DNA from: Bacteroidales bacterium
GTDB taxonomy: Bacteria; Bacteroidota; Bacteroidia; Bacteroidales; VadinHA17
Direction: 5' to 3'
Length of the DNA stretch: 64,000 bases
Assembly (NCBI GenBank): GCA_016715075.1
Contig: JADKBK010000024.1
Coordinates: forward strand, 121-64,120
Shown here: positions 31,211 through 40,720 of the stretch, in pieces
Numbering within the stretch: the first letter of the stretch is position 1
Layout: every line of letters begins with the position of its first letter
The notes under the pieces: generated by a model
The model's input: only the letters and a program-made list of their open reading frames with translations
The model's database searches: none
What the model was told of the DNA's origin: nothing
Position numbers and translations under genes: made by a program

Positions 31211-32998
31211 TTAATCTAGCTTTAATACTGCAAGGAAGGCTTGTTGCGGAACTTCAACATTGCCTACCTGGCGCATCCGTTTTTTACCTTTCTTCTGTTT
31301 CTCAAGAAGTTTTCTTTTTCTGGTTATGTCTCCGCCATAGCATTTTGCCGTAACATCCTTTCTCACCGCTTTAACTGTTTCCCTGGAGATTATTTTAGCG
31401 CCTATAGCAGCCTGGATTGCAATGTCGAACTGCTGCCGGGGGATAAGCTCCTTCAGTTTCTCACACATTCTGCGTCCAAAATCGTATGCATGTCCTCTGT
31501 AAATAAGTGTAGAGAGAGCATCAACCATTTCGCCGTTAAGAAGTATGTCAAGCCTTACCAGATCGGCTTTCTGGTAATTTGTATAATAGTAATCAAAAGA
31601 GGCATATCCTTTGGAAATACTTTTAAGCTTATCGTAAAAATCAAATACAATCTCAGCCAACGGCATTTCAAAAGTAACTTCAACCCTGTCCCTTGTAAGG
31701 TAAACCTGGTTTTTGAGTACTCCCCTCCTGTCGATGCAAAGATTCATTATAGAGCCGACATACTCTGAAAGAGTAATTACCTGGGCAATTATATAAGGTT
31801 CCTCTATTCTGTCAATATGGGTTATGGGCGGCAAACCTGAAGGATTGTGCACATCTATCTCCTCGCCCTTGGTAGTATAGGCTTTATAGGAGACGTTTGG
31901 GACTGTTGTAATTACATCCATATCAAACTCCCTGTCGAGGCGCTCCTGAATTATTTCCATATGAAGCAGGCCGAGGAAACCGCACCTGAAGCCGAACCCC
32001 AGTGCAGCGGATGACTCCGGGATAAAGGAAAGGGATGCATCATTCAGCTGCAGCTTCTCTATCGACACCCTGAGATCTTCATAATCATCGGCATCCACAG
32101 GATAAATACCGGCAACTACCATAGGCTTAACATCTTCGAAACCTTCAATTGCCTTATCACAAGGGTTTTTGACGTGAGTAATTGTGTCTCCCACCTTAAC
32201 CTCTGCGGAGACCTTTACCCCTGAAATAATATACCCTACATCCCCCGGGCCCATAGTTTCACGAGGATCCTGTTTAAGCTTCAGAACACCTATTTCTTCT
32301 GCCTTGTATTCATGGTCGGTATTTACGAATTTTACATTATCACCTCTGGAAATTGTCCCGTTTACTATTTTAATATATGCAATAATTCCCCTGAAGGAGT
32401 TAAAAATAGAGTCAAAAATAAGGGCTTGCAAGGGGGCATCCGGATCTCCGCTTGGCGGAGGTACCCTTTTCACAATCTCAAGAAGGATCTGATCGACTCC
32501 CATACCTGTTTTGGCGCTGGCTTCTATAATATCCTCCCTCTTGCAGCCAACAAGATCCACGATCTGATCCTTAACCTCTTCAGGCATGGCAGCAGCCATA
32601 TCCATTTTATTAAGCACGGGAATGATCTCAAGATTATGATCGATTGCCATGTAAAGGTTTGAAATTGTCTGAGCCTGTATACCCTGGGTTGCATCTATAA
32701 CCAGTAAAGCTCCTTCGCATGCAGCAATGGAACGTGAGACTTCATAAGAAAAGTCAACATGCCCCGGAGTGTCGATGAGATTGAGAATATACTTTTTACC
32801 ATCGTGGAGATATTCCATCTGAATTGCATGGCTCTTTATTGTAATTCCTCTTTCCCTTTCGAGATCCATATCATCGAGTATCTGGGCCTGGTATTCTCTT
32901 TCGGAGATTGTGTTTGTTGTTTCAAGCAAACGGTCGGCCAGAGTACTTTTTCCGTGGTCAATATGAGCTATAATACAGAAATTCCGGATATTGTCCAT
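31211..32998 (-). CDS. lepA: translation elongation factor 4
   Basis: [37 protein letters not shown] and the LepA C-terminal domain. Start taken at the ATG at 32998 (MDNIRNF) rather than the track's upstream start. Confidence 0.95.
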   Translation of the reverse strand: MDNIRNFCIIAHIDHGKSTLADRLLETTNTISEREYQAQILDDMDLERERGITIKSHAIQMEYLHDGKKYILNLIDTPGHVDFSYEVSRSIAACEGALLVIDATQGIQAQTISNLYMAIDHNLEIIPVLNKMDMAAAMPEEVKDQIVDLVGCKREDIIEASAKTGMGVDQILLEIVKRVPPPSGDPDAPLQALIFDSIFNSFRGIIAYIKIVNGTISRGDNVKFVNTDHEYKAEEIGVLKLKQDPRETMGPGDVGYIISGVKVSAEVKVGDTITHVKNPCDKAIEGFEDVKPMVVAGIYPVDADDYEDLRVSIEKLQLNDASLSFIPESSAALGFGFRCGFLGLLHMEIIQERLDREFDMDVITTVPNVSYKAYTTKGEEIDVHNPSGLPPITHIDRIEEPYIIAQVITLSEYVGSIMNLCIDRRGVLKNQVYLTRDRVEVTFEMPLAEIVFDFYDKLKSISKGYASFDYYYTNYQKADLVRLDILLNGEMVDALSTLIYRGHAYDFGRRMCEKLKELIPRQQFDIAIQAAIGAKIISRETVKAVRKDVTAKCYGGDITRKRKLLEKQKKGKKRMRQVGNVEVPQQAFLAVLKLD

Positions 32999-33024
32999 CA
33001 AATAAAATCGATTTAAATCAGGTG

Positions 33025-33032
33025 CAAATATA
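33025..33032 (-). promoter_or_regulatory. candidate Bacteroidota -7 promoter box (TAnnTTTG) for lepA
   Basis: The minus strand reads TATATTTG about 27 nt upstream of the lepA ATG, immediately after the groEL terminator. Confidence 0.4.
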
Positions 33033-33033
33033 T

Positions 33034-33066
33034 AAAAAGTAGGGACATGCCATGGCATGTCCCTAC
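33034..33066 (-). terminator. rho-independent terminator of groEL
   Basis: Perfect 28-nt palindrome GTAGGGACATGC-CATG-GCATGTCCCTAC (33039-33066), followed on the minus strand by TTTTT. Confidence 0.8.
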
Positions 33067-33094
33067 GGTTGAATTTAATTCCTATTCTGAATTA

Positions 33095-34741
<1,647 letters not shown>

Positions 34742-34758
34742 TTAAATAGTTTTTGAAA

Positions 34759-35037
34759 TTAAGCAATAAAAAGAATATCTGTCTGAGATATTAACAGGTA
34801 ATCCTCACCATCTATTGAAAGCTCCTGACCTGCATATTTTCCGTAAAGGACTACATCGCCCTTTTTTACTTCCATCTCTTCATCTTTTTTTGCAGCGCCT
34901 ACCAGAATAACTTTTCCCTGACGTGGTTTTTCTTTCGCTGAATCCGGAATGATAATTCCGCTTGCAGTTTTTTCTTCAGCTTCATTAGGTTTCACAAGAA
35001 CCTTTCCTGCTAAGATCTTTCCTTTTAATTGTGCCAT
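34759..35037 (-). CDS. groES: co-chaperonin GroES
   Basis: 92 aa with motifs KVLVKP, ASGIIIPDSAKEKP and GDVVLYGKYAG. Directly upstream of groEL. Confidence 0.95.
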   Translation of the reverse strand: MAQLKGKILAGKVLVKPNEAEEKTASGIIIPDSAKEKPRQGKVILVGAAKKDEEMEVKKGDVVLYGKYAGQELSIDGEDYLLISQTDILFIA

Positions 35038-35223
35038 TTTATTTAGTTTTAAAGTTAAACATCAGTTATTGACTTCCAATCTGATCATATTCCATGCCAA
35101 ATAGGAAAAAATGCCATTTTTGACTGACACATGCCTTTTTCGGAAATTACTCCTGCCATTATGCATAGTCAAAAATGCACTTCGATTCATAAAATCCTGT
35201 TAAAGAATGTATTATATAAAAAT

Positions 35224-35254
35224 AAAAAAGTGTCAGTATGTGACAAACTGACAC
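35224..35254 (-). terminator. rho-independent terminator of secG
   Basis: 8-bp stem GTGTCAGT / ACTGACAC (35230-35254) with a T6 run on the minus strand (35224-29). Confidence 0.7.
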
Positions 35255-35282
35255 TTTAAGAGTATTATGATTTTGATGAAAT

Positions 35283-35648
35283 CTATTTGGAAGGGGTTTC
35301 CTTGCCTTCTGAAGGAGTTTCAGATGCAGGCGGCACTGCAGTAGGAAGCGTTGGAATAGCATTCGGGTCAACAGCATTCTGAATCTGGTTCTCTATCCTT
35401 GAACGTCCTTCAGTGGAACCGCGCGGGATAGTAGCGGTGGCAACAACACAAAGAATAAGAATTGCTCCGGCAAGAGTCCATGTTGATTTTTCAAGGAAAT
35501 CTGCAGTTTTACGTATTCCCATTGACTGTCCTGCAGATGTAAAATTAGCTGCCAGTCCTCCTCCTTTTGAGTTCTGAACCAGCACAATAAGAATCTGAAG
35601 AACACATGCAATTATTACCAGTACCGAAATAAAAATATAAATTCCCAT
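35283..35648 (-). CDS. secG: preprotein translocase subunit SecG
   Basis: N-terminal TM plus LVQNSKGGGL motif, second TM (STWTLAGAILILCVV), and the position in the conserved cluster. Confidence 0.85.
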   Translation of the reverse strand: MGIYIFISVLVIIACVLQILIVLVQNSKGGGLAANFTSAGQSMGIRKTADFLEKSTWTLAGAILILCVVATATIPRGSTEGRSRIENQIQNAVDPNAIPTLPTAVPPASETPSEGKETPSK

Positions 35649-35652
35649 CTGC

Positions 35653-36573
35653 TTACTTTTTTAAGTACACTTTAACCAATTCGATTTGGGATGCAAAGTA
35701 ACTGCTTTTTTCCGGAAATTTCAAACATAATTCTGTATAAATATCTATTGCCTTGGAGTAATAGCCCTGATTTATATAAATCCGTGCAAGGGTTTCAGTA
35801 ACAAAGCCACCCTCCTTTTCAACAAAAGGCTTTGAAATATCTTCTGTTGAAACCTTTGAAATGTCGCGTACAGGTTCTATCCGTGGATTGGCAAGGATGA
35901 ACTTATCTATCAGTTCCAGCTGCTGGAGCTTCTTTGTTTTTCCGGAATCGGCAACGGCATCATCATTCTGGCTTTCCGGATCCTCACCTTTCAAAGGATT
36001 GGCAGTTTCGCTTTCGAGCTCAAGAAGATCAGAAGTTTCAGGGACTGCAAATCCGGGATCCATATAGAATACCCTGTCTTCATCAGTTGTTGTCTCCTCA
36101 TCCATCACCAGCATCACTTCCTCCGGCTCGCTATTTTCTGTTTCTGAGGAGATAAGTATTGAGTGGCTGTGCTGATGTAAAGGATCTGCCTTTGGTTCCT
36201 CCTCATTGCCGGAGTTTTTTTCAATTTCGCTTATCAGCTGCTCACTGTTTTTTGCAGATTCAATAACTGTTTGCTGATGATCAAAACCCGGCTCATCAGA
36301 CGATACAACCTCAGGAGTCAGATTCTCCGTAACCACCTGAGGCTTACTGTTAAGAAGGTAATATAATACTTCCCTGTCGGCAATATGTATTGAAGATTTT
36401 CTGAGCTGCTTATCGAATTTGATATCGGCATTTAACTGAAGCCCTTTCAGAAGAAGCATATGAGCGCTCTGAAAATACGGGAAAATATCTATAAGCTCAT
36501 AAACCTCTCCGATCATCTGGCGGTTTACCTGAACTTTATTTTCAAGCATATTCAAGAAGTCGCTCCTGTTCAT
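35653..36573 (-). CDS. conserved hypothetical protein with acidic linker and C-terminal TPR-like motif
   Basis: C-terminus LARIYINQGYYSKAIDIYTELCLKFPEKSSYF is TPR-like. Lies between the lptE-like gene and secG, as in other Bacteroidota. Confidence 0.6.
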   Translation of the reverse strand: MNRSDFLNMLENKVQVNRQMIGEVYELIDIFPYFQSAHMLLLKGLQLNADIKFDKQLRKSSIHIADREVLYYLLNSKPQVVTENLTPEVVSSDEPGFDHQQTVIESAKNSEQLISEIEKNSGNEEEPKADPLHQHSHSILISSETENSEPEEVMLVMDEETTTDEDRVFYMDPGFAVPETSDLLELESETANPLKGEDPESQNDDAVADSGKTKKLQQLELIDKFILANPRIEPVRDISKVSTEDISKPFVEKEGGFVTETLARIYINQGYYSKAIDIYTELCLKFPEKSSYFASQIELVKVYLKK

Positions 36574-36577
36574 ACGA

Positions 36578-37117
36578 CTACCAGTTTACAAAGGCCTGAT
36601 TGAAGATATCCTCAACTATCATTTCCACAATCTTATCTGTCAGGTCTTTCTCTACCTGGCTCAGATCGAGGTTGCTGTTGTAATCCTCATAGCGTGAGAA
36701 GGTCTGTTCAAAGCTAAGATCAGGATCCACTGAATTTACGAATTTCACCTTTACAGATATAGAAAACCTGTTCATGGCCGCCTGGGCATCAGCAGCCACT
36801 GTCAGAGGACGTGTATTATAATCGCTTATCTCCCCTTCAAAATTAGCATCTCCGATACCGTTTACAGTTTTGAGATTTGTCTGAGATTTACATTTATCTA
36901 TCAGAGCATCTGTCAGAACCTGGCTCAATCCGGGCTGAACGAGAGATGCCCTGTTCTGAAAGTATTGTATACTTACAGTATTTAAGCCCTGTGTGCTGGC
37001 ACCTGTGAATTTATAGGAAACCGTGCAACCGGAAAAGAGTGTAATCAATAAGGCTGGCAGAAGCAGGAAAAATCTGCTTAAAGGAATTTTGCTGTATTTT
37101 TCAGGATTCAATTCCAT
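36578..37117 (-). CDS. lptE: LptE-family LPS-assembly lipoprotein (putative)
   Basis: Lipobox LFSGC followed by YKFTGAS. Size ~170 aa. Conserved position downstream of the sigma-54 activator. Confidence 0.55.
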   Translation of the reverse strand: MELNPEKYSKIPLSRFFLLLPALLITLFSGCTVSYKFTGASTQGLNTVSIQYFQNRASLVQPGLSQVLTDALIDKCKSQTNLKTVNGIGDANFEGEISDYNTRPLTVAADAQAAMNRFSISVKVKFVNSVDPDLSFEQTFSRYEDYNSNLDLSQVEKDLTDKIVEMIVEDIFNQAFVNW

Positions 37118-38345
37118 ATTCTTTTATCTTTCTGTAAAGTGTACGTTCGGAAATACCCAGTTCATTTGCTGCCATTTTTCTCTTGCCATTGAATTTTTCA
37201 AGAGCTTTTATAATCATTTCCACTTCTTTGTCAGCCAGCGAAAGTGATTCTTCAATTATCTCTTCAGTATCCTGAATATCGTTTCTGACAGGGTGCTGTG
37301 TATAGGATGCTGCCTGAGATTCAGAATCACTGTTATTATCATCTCCTCCATTGGCTTCCCTGAAGAGGTTATTAATAACCCGAGAGTTGCCTTCATGGAT
37401 CGGGACATCGATGTCTCCTCTTCTGATCAGGTCAAAAACCAGCTTTTTAAGATCATTCATATCGCTTTTCATATCGAAAAGGATCTTATATAATAATTCC
37501 CTCTCAGAGGCGAAAGATTTCTCATCATCTTTTTTTATTACTGCAGGAAGTTTTACACTTCCATAGTCGGGGAGGTAATGACGGAGTGTTGCACCTGTTA
37601 TCTCCCTTTCACTTTCAATGATTGATATCTGTTCAGTGATATTTTTAAGCTGACGCACATTACCCGGCCATGAATAGTTCAGGAGTATTGTTCTGGCTTC
37701 GGAATCAAGCCTGATTGCCGGCATCCTGTATTTTTCAGCAAAATCGACTGAGAATTTCCTGAAGAGCAGAAATATATCCTCGCCTCTTTCCCTTAATCCG
37801 GGGATCCTTATCGGAACGGTATTTAGCCTGTAAAAAAGATCTTCCCTGAATTTTCCGTTATCAATTGCCCTGGGTACGTCAATGTTACTTGCAGCAATAA
37901 CCCTGACATTTGTTTTCTGAACCTTGGAAGAGCCCACCCTGATAAATTCGCCTGTTTCCAGGACCCTGAGCAGTCTCACCTGTGTGGAGAGGGGAAGTTC
38001 GGCAACCTCGTCCAGGAAAATAGTTCCTCCGTCGGCAACTTCAAAATACCCTTTCCTGCTGTCAGTAGCTCCGGTAAAGGAGCCCTTTTCATGTCCGAAC
38101 AATTCAGAATCAATAGTTCCTTCGGGTATTGCCCCGCAGTTTACGGCTATGTACTGGCCATGTTTCCTTGAACTGAAATTATGGATAACCTGAGGAAAGA
38201 TCTCTTTCCCCGTACCGCTTTCACCTGTGATGAGCACTGAAAGATCTGTCGGAGCCACTTGAGCAGCTATGTCTATTGCCCGGTTCAGACCATCAAAATT
38301 ACCGATTATCCCAAACCTTTGCTTAATATTTTGCAGATCCCTCAT
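37101..38345 (-). CDS. sigma-54-dependent transcriptional activator (AAA+ plus Fis HTH, no N-terminal sensory domain)
   Basis: Walker A GESGTGKE, GAFTGA-type loop (GSFTGA), DEVAELP Walker B, R-finger region, and C-terminal HTH AANELGISERTLYRKIKEYGI. Confidence 0.9.
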   Translation of the reverse strand: MRDLQNIKQRFGIIGNFDGLNRAIDIAAQVAPTDLSVLITGESGTGKEIFPQVIHNFSSRKHGQYIAVNCGAIPEGTIDSELFGHEKGSFTGATDSRKGYFEVADGGTIFLDEVAELPLSTQVRLLRVLETGEFIRVGSSKVQKTNVRVIAASNIDVPRAIDNGKFREDLFYRLNTVPIRIPGLRERGEDIFLLFRKFSVDFAEKYRMPAIRLDSEARTILLNYSWPGNVRQLKNITEQISIIESEREITGATLRHYLPDYGSVKLPAVIKKDDEKSFASERELLYKILFDMKSDMNDLKKLVFDLIRRGDIDVPIHEGNSRVINNLFREANGGDDNNSDSESQAASYTQHPVRNDIQDTEEIIEESLSLADKEVEMIIKALEKFNGKRKMAANELGISERTLYRKIKEYGIES

Positions 38346-38420
38346 ATCCTGAATTTACATTGCTGCGAAATTAAGATATTTTTAAATCAATGGGAAATTC
38401 ATTTTTCTTAAATTCGCAGT

Positions 38421-39194
38421 ATGAAAGCAAATACAGAGCCTTTATTTGCCGGAATCATACCGGCCCGCTTCGCATCATCCAGGTTCCCCGGCAAACCGCT
38501 TGCACTGATAGGGAACAAGTCAATGATCCAAAGAGTTTATGAACAGGCCGGCAAATCATTAAACCTGGTGTATGTTGCCACTGATGATAAACGAATATAC
38601 GATGCCGTTACCGGCTTTGGAGGGAAAGTTATTCTGACCTCACCCGACCATCAGAGCGGAACTGATCGGATTGCTGAAGCCGCAGTCCTGATTGAAGCTG
38701 AAACCGGCATAAAGATCGATATTGTTGTAAATATCCAGGGTGATGAACCTTTTATTAAGCCGGAGCAGATAAACCTCGTTAAGGAATGCTTCAGGGATAA
38801 AGAGGTTGAGATTGCCACACTCATCAGAAAAGCTGAACCTGGGGAAGATATCTTCAACCAAAACCAACCTAAAGTAATACTTAACAACACGGGCGATGCA
38901 ATTTATTTCAGCCGGACCCCGATTCCTTTCGTCAGGGATGCTGAAAGGACCCTGTGGACATGGAAGCACAACTTTTACAAGCACATCGGACTTTATGCAT
39001 ACAGGACAGAGACTCTGAAGAGAATTACTTTGCTGGAGCAGAGCTCACTGGAAAAAGCAGAGTGCCTGGAGCAAAACAGATGGCTGGAGAACGGCTTCAG
39101 GATAAGAACTGCAGTCACAATCTGGGAGAGCATCGGGATTGATACACCCGAGGACCTGGAGAGGGCTAAAATATTTTTAGAACAAAGTATCTGA
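38421..39194 (+). CDS. kdsB: 3-deoxy-manno-octulosonate cytidylyltransferase
   Basis: IIPARFASSRFPGKPL, GTDRIAEA and NIQGDEPFI motifs. Confidence 0.9.
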   Translation: MKANTEPLFAGIIPARFASSRFPGKPLALIGNKSMIQRVYEQAGKSLNLVYVATDDKRIYDAVTGFGGKVILTSPDHQSGTDRIAEAAVLIEAETGIKIDIVVNIQGDEPFIKPEQINLVKECFRDKEVEIATLIRKAEPGEDIFNQNQPKVILNNTGDAIYFSRTPIPFVRDAERTLWTWKHNFYKHIGLYAYRTETLKRITLLEQSSLEKAECLEQNRWLENGFRIRTAVTIWESIGIDTPEDLERAKIFLEQSI

Positions 39195-39248
39195 AATTTT
39201 TACTAACTTTAGCACAGTTTTTGATAGAGATATTGCAAAAAGGGATGT

Positions 39249-39620
39249 ATGAGGAAAATTTTACACCTGTTACTTCTTCTTATCTTTACAGTAAACCTTT
39301 CTGCCCAGAAGGATAGCGTCAGCTATATCGGCGCCCTTGCTCAGCAGGACATAAACAGGCCGTCATCGGCTGTGAATGTTACAATATATCCCGTTCCTGT
39401 AAGGGAAAACAACTTTACAATCAGCACTGATAAGGACATCTCTTTTGTTAGAATAACAAATATTATAGGCCAGGATATCTTCAGAGTCAAATATAACAAC
39501 CCCGAACAGCAGATCAGAATCATGCTCGATAATGCTAAAAGGGGAATGTATATTGTTACAATTAATTTCAGTGACGGAACAAGAGTGGTCAAAAAAATCC
39601 TTGTTGAAGAATCAGAATAA
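39249..39620 (+). CDS. small secreted protein consisting essentially of a T9SS type A sorting domain
   Basis: Signal peptide, then VTIYPVPVRENNFTIS...GMYIVTINFSDGTRVVKKILV, typical of a T9SS CTD. Only ~25 residues lie between the signal peptide and the CTD. Confidence 0.65.
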   Translation: MRKILHLLLLLIFTVNLSAQKDSVSYIGALAQQDINRPSSAVNVTIYPVPVRENNFTISTDKDISFVRITNIIGQDIFRVKYNNPEQQIRIMLDNAKRGMYIVTINFSDGTRVVKKILVEESE

Positions 39621-39785
39621 GAAAAAAATGTTACTTTCGTTTTTGCTGCGGTAAGTTGGGGAACGATTCCGCAAATAATAAAAAGTCACTTAATAACGGG
39701 TAAAAAGAATAATTAGCAACCTGAAATCGGGTTGTAAATTATACTATGTGGGGTTGCATGTGATGAATTGATATCTCAAAAAGCC

Positions 39786-40691
39786 ATGGAAGAAGGATTA
39801 AATGTTTTTTCGATAAAAGATCTCGAAAATTTTTCGGGTATTAAGGCTCATACAATAAGAATATGGGAGAAAAGGTACAAAATACTTGAACCTGACAGGA
39901 CTGATTCAAATATAAGAACATATAGTGAAACTGAACTGAAGAAGATCCTGAATGTTGCCTATCTTAACCGTAACGGGCTGAAAATATCAAAGATAGCTAA
40001 GCTCGATGAAGATGAGCTCACACAGCAGGTAATGACTGTAAGCAGTAAACATGATGACCTTGATCAGGATTTCCAGCCTGGAAAGATCCTTATGTCTGCA
40101 ATAAGGTTTAATGAAATATTATTCAAGGAGACCCTTGCTCCCTATATTAACTATCAGGGTATTGAAGAGGCGTATTGCAGGTATTTGCATCCGCTCCTTG
40201 AAAAAGCAAGGATTTTATGGCAGACCGGAAGCCTTTCCAGGGCACAGGAACAGTTTGTAAGAAACACAATTAAACAGATAATAATAATTGAGGATGACCG
40301 GATTAAACCGGTTGCCGGGAAATCAGTACCGGCTGTTGCAATGATCAATACCTCCGATAACCTTACAGACAACAACTTTCTGTTTTATAAATATGCACTC
40401 CGCAAGAGGGGCTTTGATGTAATCTTTACCGGAGGTATACTTCCTTCTTCGGAAGTTGTTGAGATTTACAAAATCAAAACCTTTGAATACCTTGTAGTCA
40501 ATTCAAGCGCCTTTGATTTTGGAGAAAAGAAAATTGCCTATTTCAACAGTATCGGAAAATCATTGATGATCAAAAAAACCATATTCACTGATTCGCCTGA
40601 AGAGTATAGCCATAAATCATACGACAAGCTTGTTCTTACCAAGGATCCGGCGGATTTTCTAAGGATTCTTGATTCCCTTGTGAAGGTATAG
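39786..40691 (+). CDS. MerR-family transcriptional regulator with C-terminal B12-binding-like (Rossmann) domain
   Basis: MerR HTH (FSIKDLENFSGIKAHTIRIWEKRY.ILEP.RTDSNIRTYSE.EL). C-terminal domain with flavodoxin-like pattern (VAMINTSD....GFDVIFTGG...). ATG at 39786. Confidence 0.75.
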   Translation: MEEGLNVFSIKDLENFSGIKAHTIRIWEKRYKILEPDRTDSNIRTYSETELKKILNVAYLNRNGLKISKIAKLDEDELTQQVMTVSSKHDDLDQDFQPGKILMSAIRFNEILFKETLAPYINYQGIEEAYCRYLHPLLEKARILWQTGSLSRAQEQFVRNTIKQIIIIEDDRIKPVAGKSVPAVAMINTSDNLTDNNFLFYKYALRKRGFDVIFTGGILPSSEVVEIYKIKTFEYLVVNSSAFDFGEKKIAYFNSIGKSLMIKKTIFTDSPEEYSHKSYDKLVLTKDPADFLRILDSLVKV

Positions 40692-40720
40692 CAATTCTAT
40701 TAATTAACAGAATCATAATT

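Noticed and set aside
35084-35099. Sigma-54-like -24/-12 element upstream of groES (minus strand TGGCAT-N5-ATGAT)
   Set aside because: The -24 TGGCA part fits and the position (47-62 nt before the ATG) is reasonable. However, the near-invariant GC at -12 is missing (GA instead), so it is not a credible RpoN promoter.
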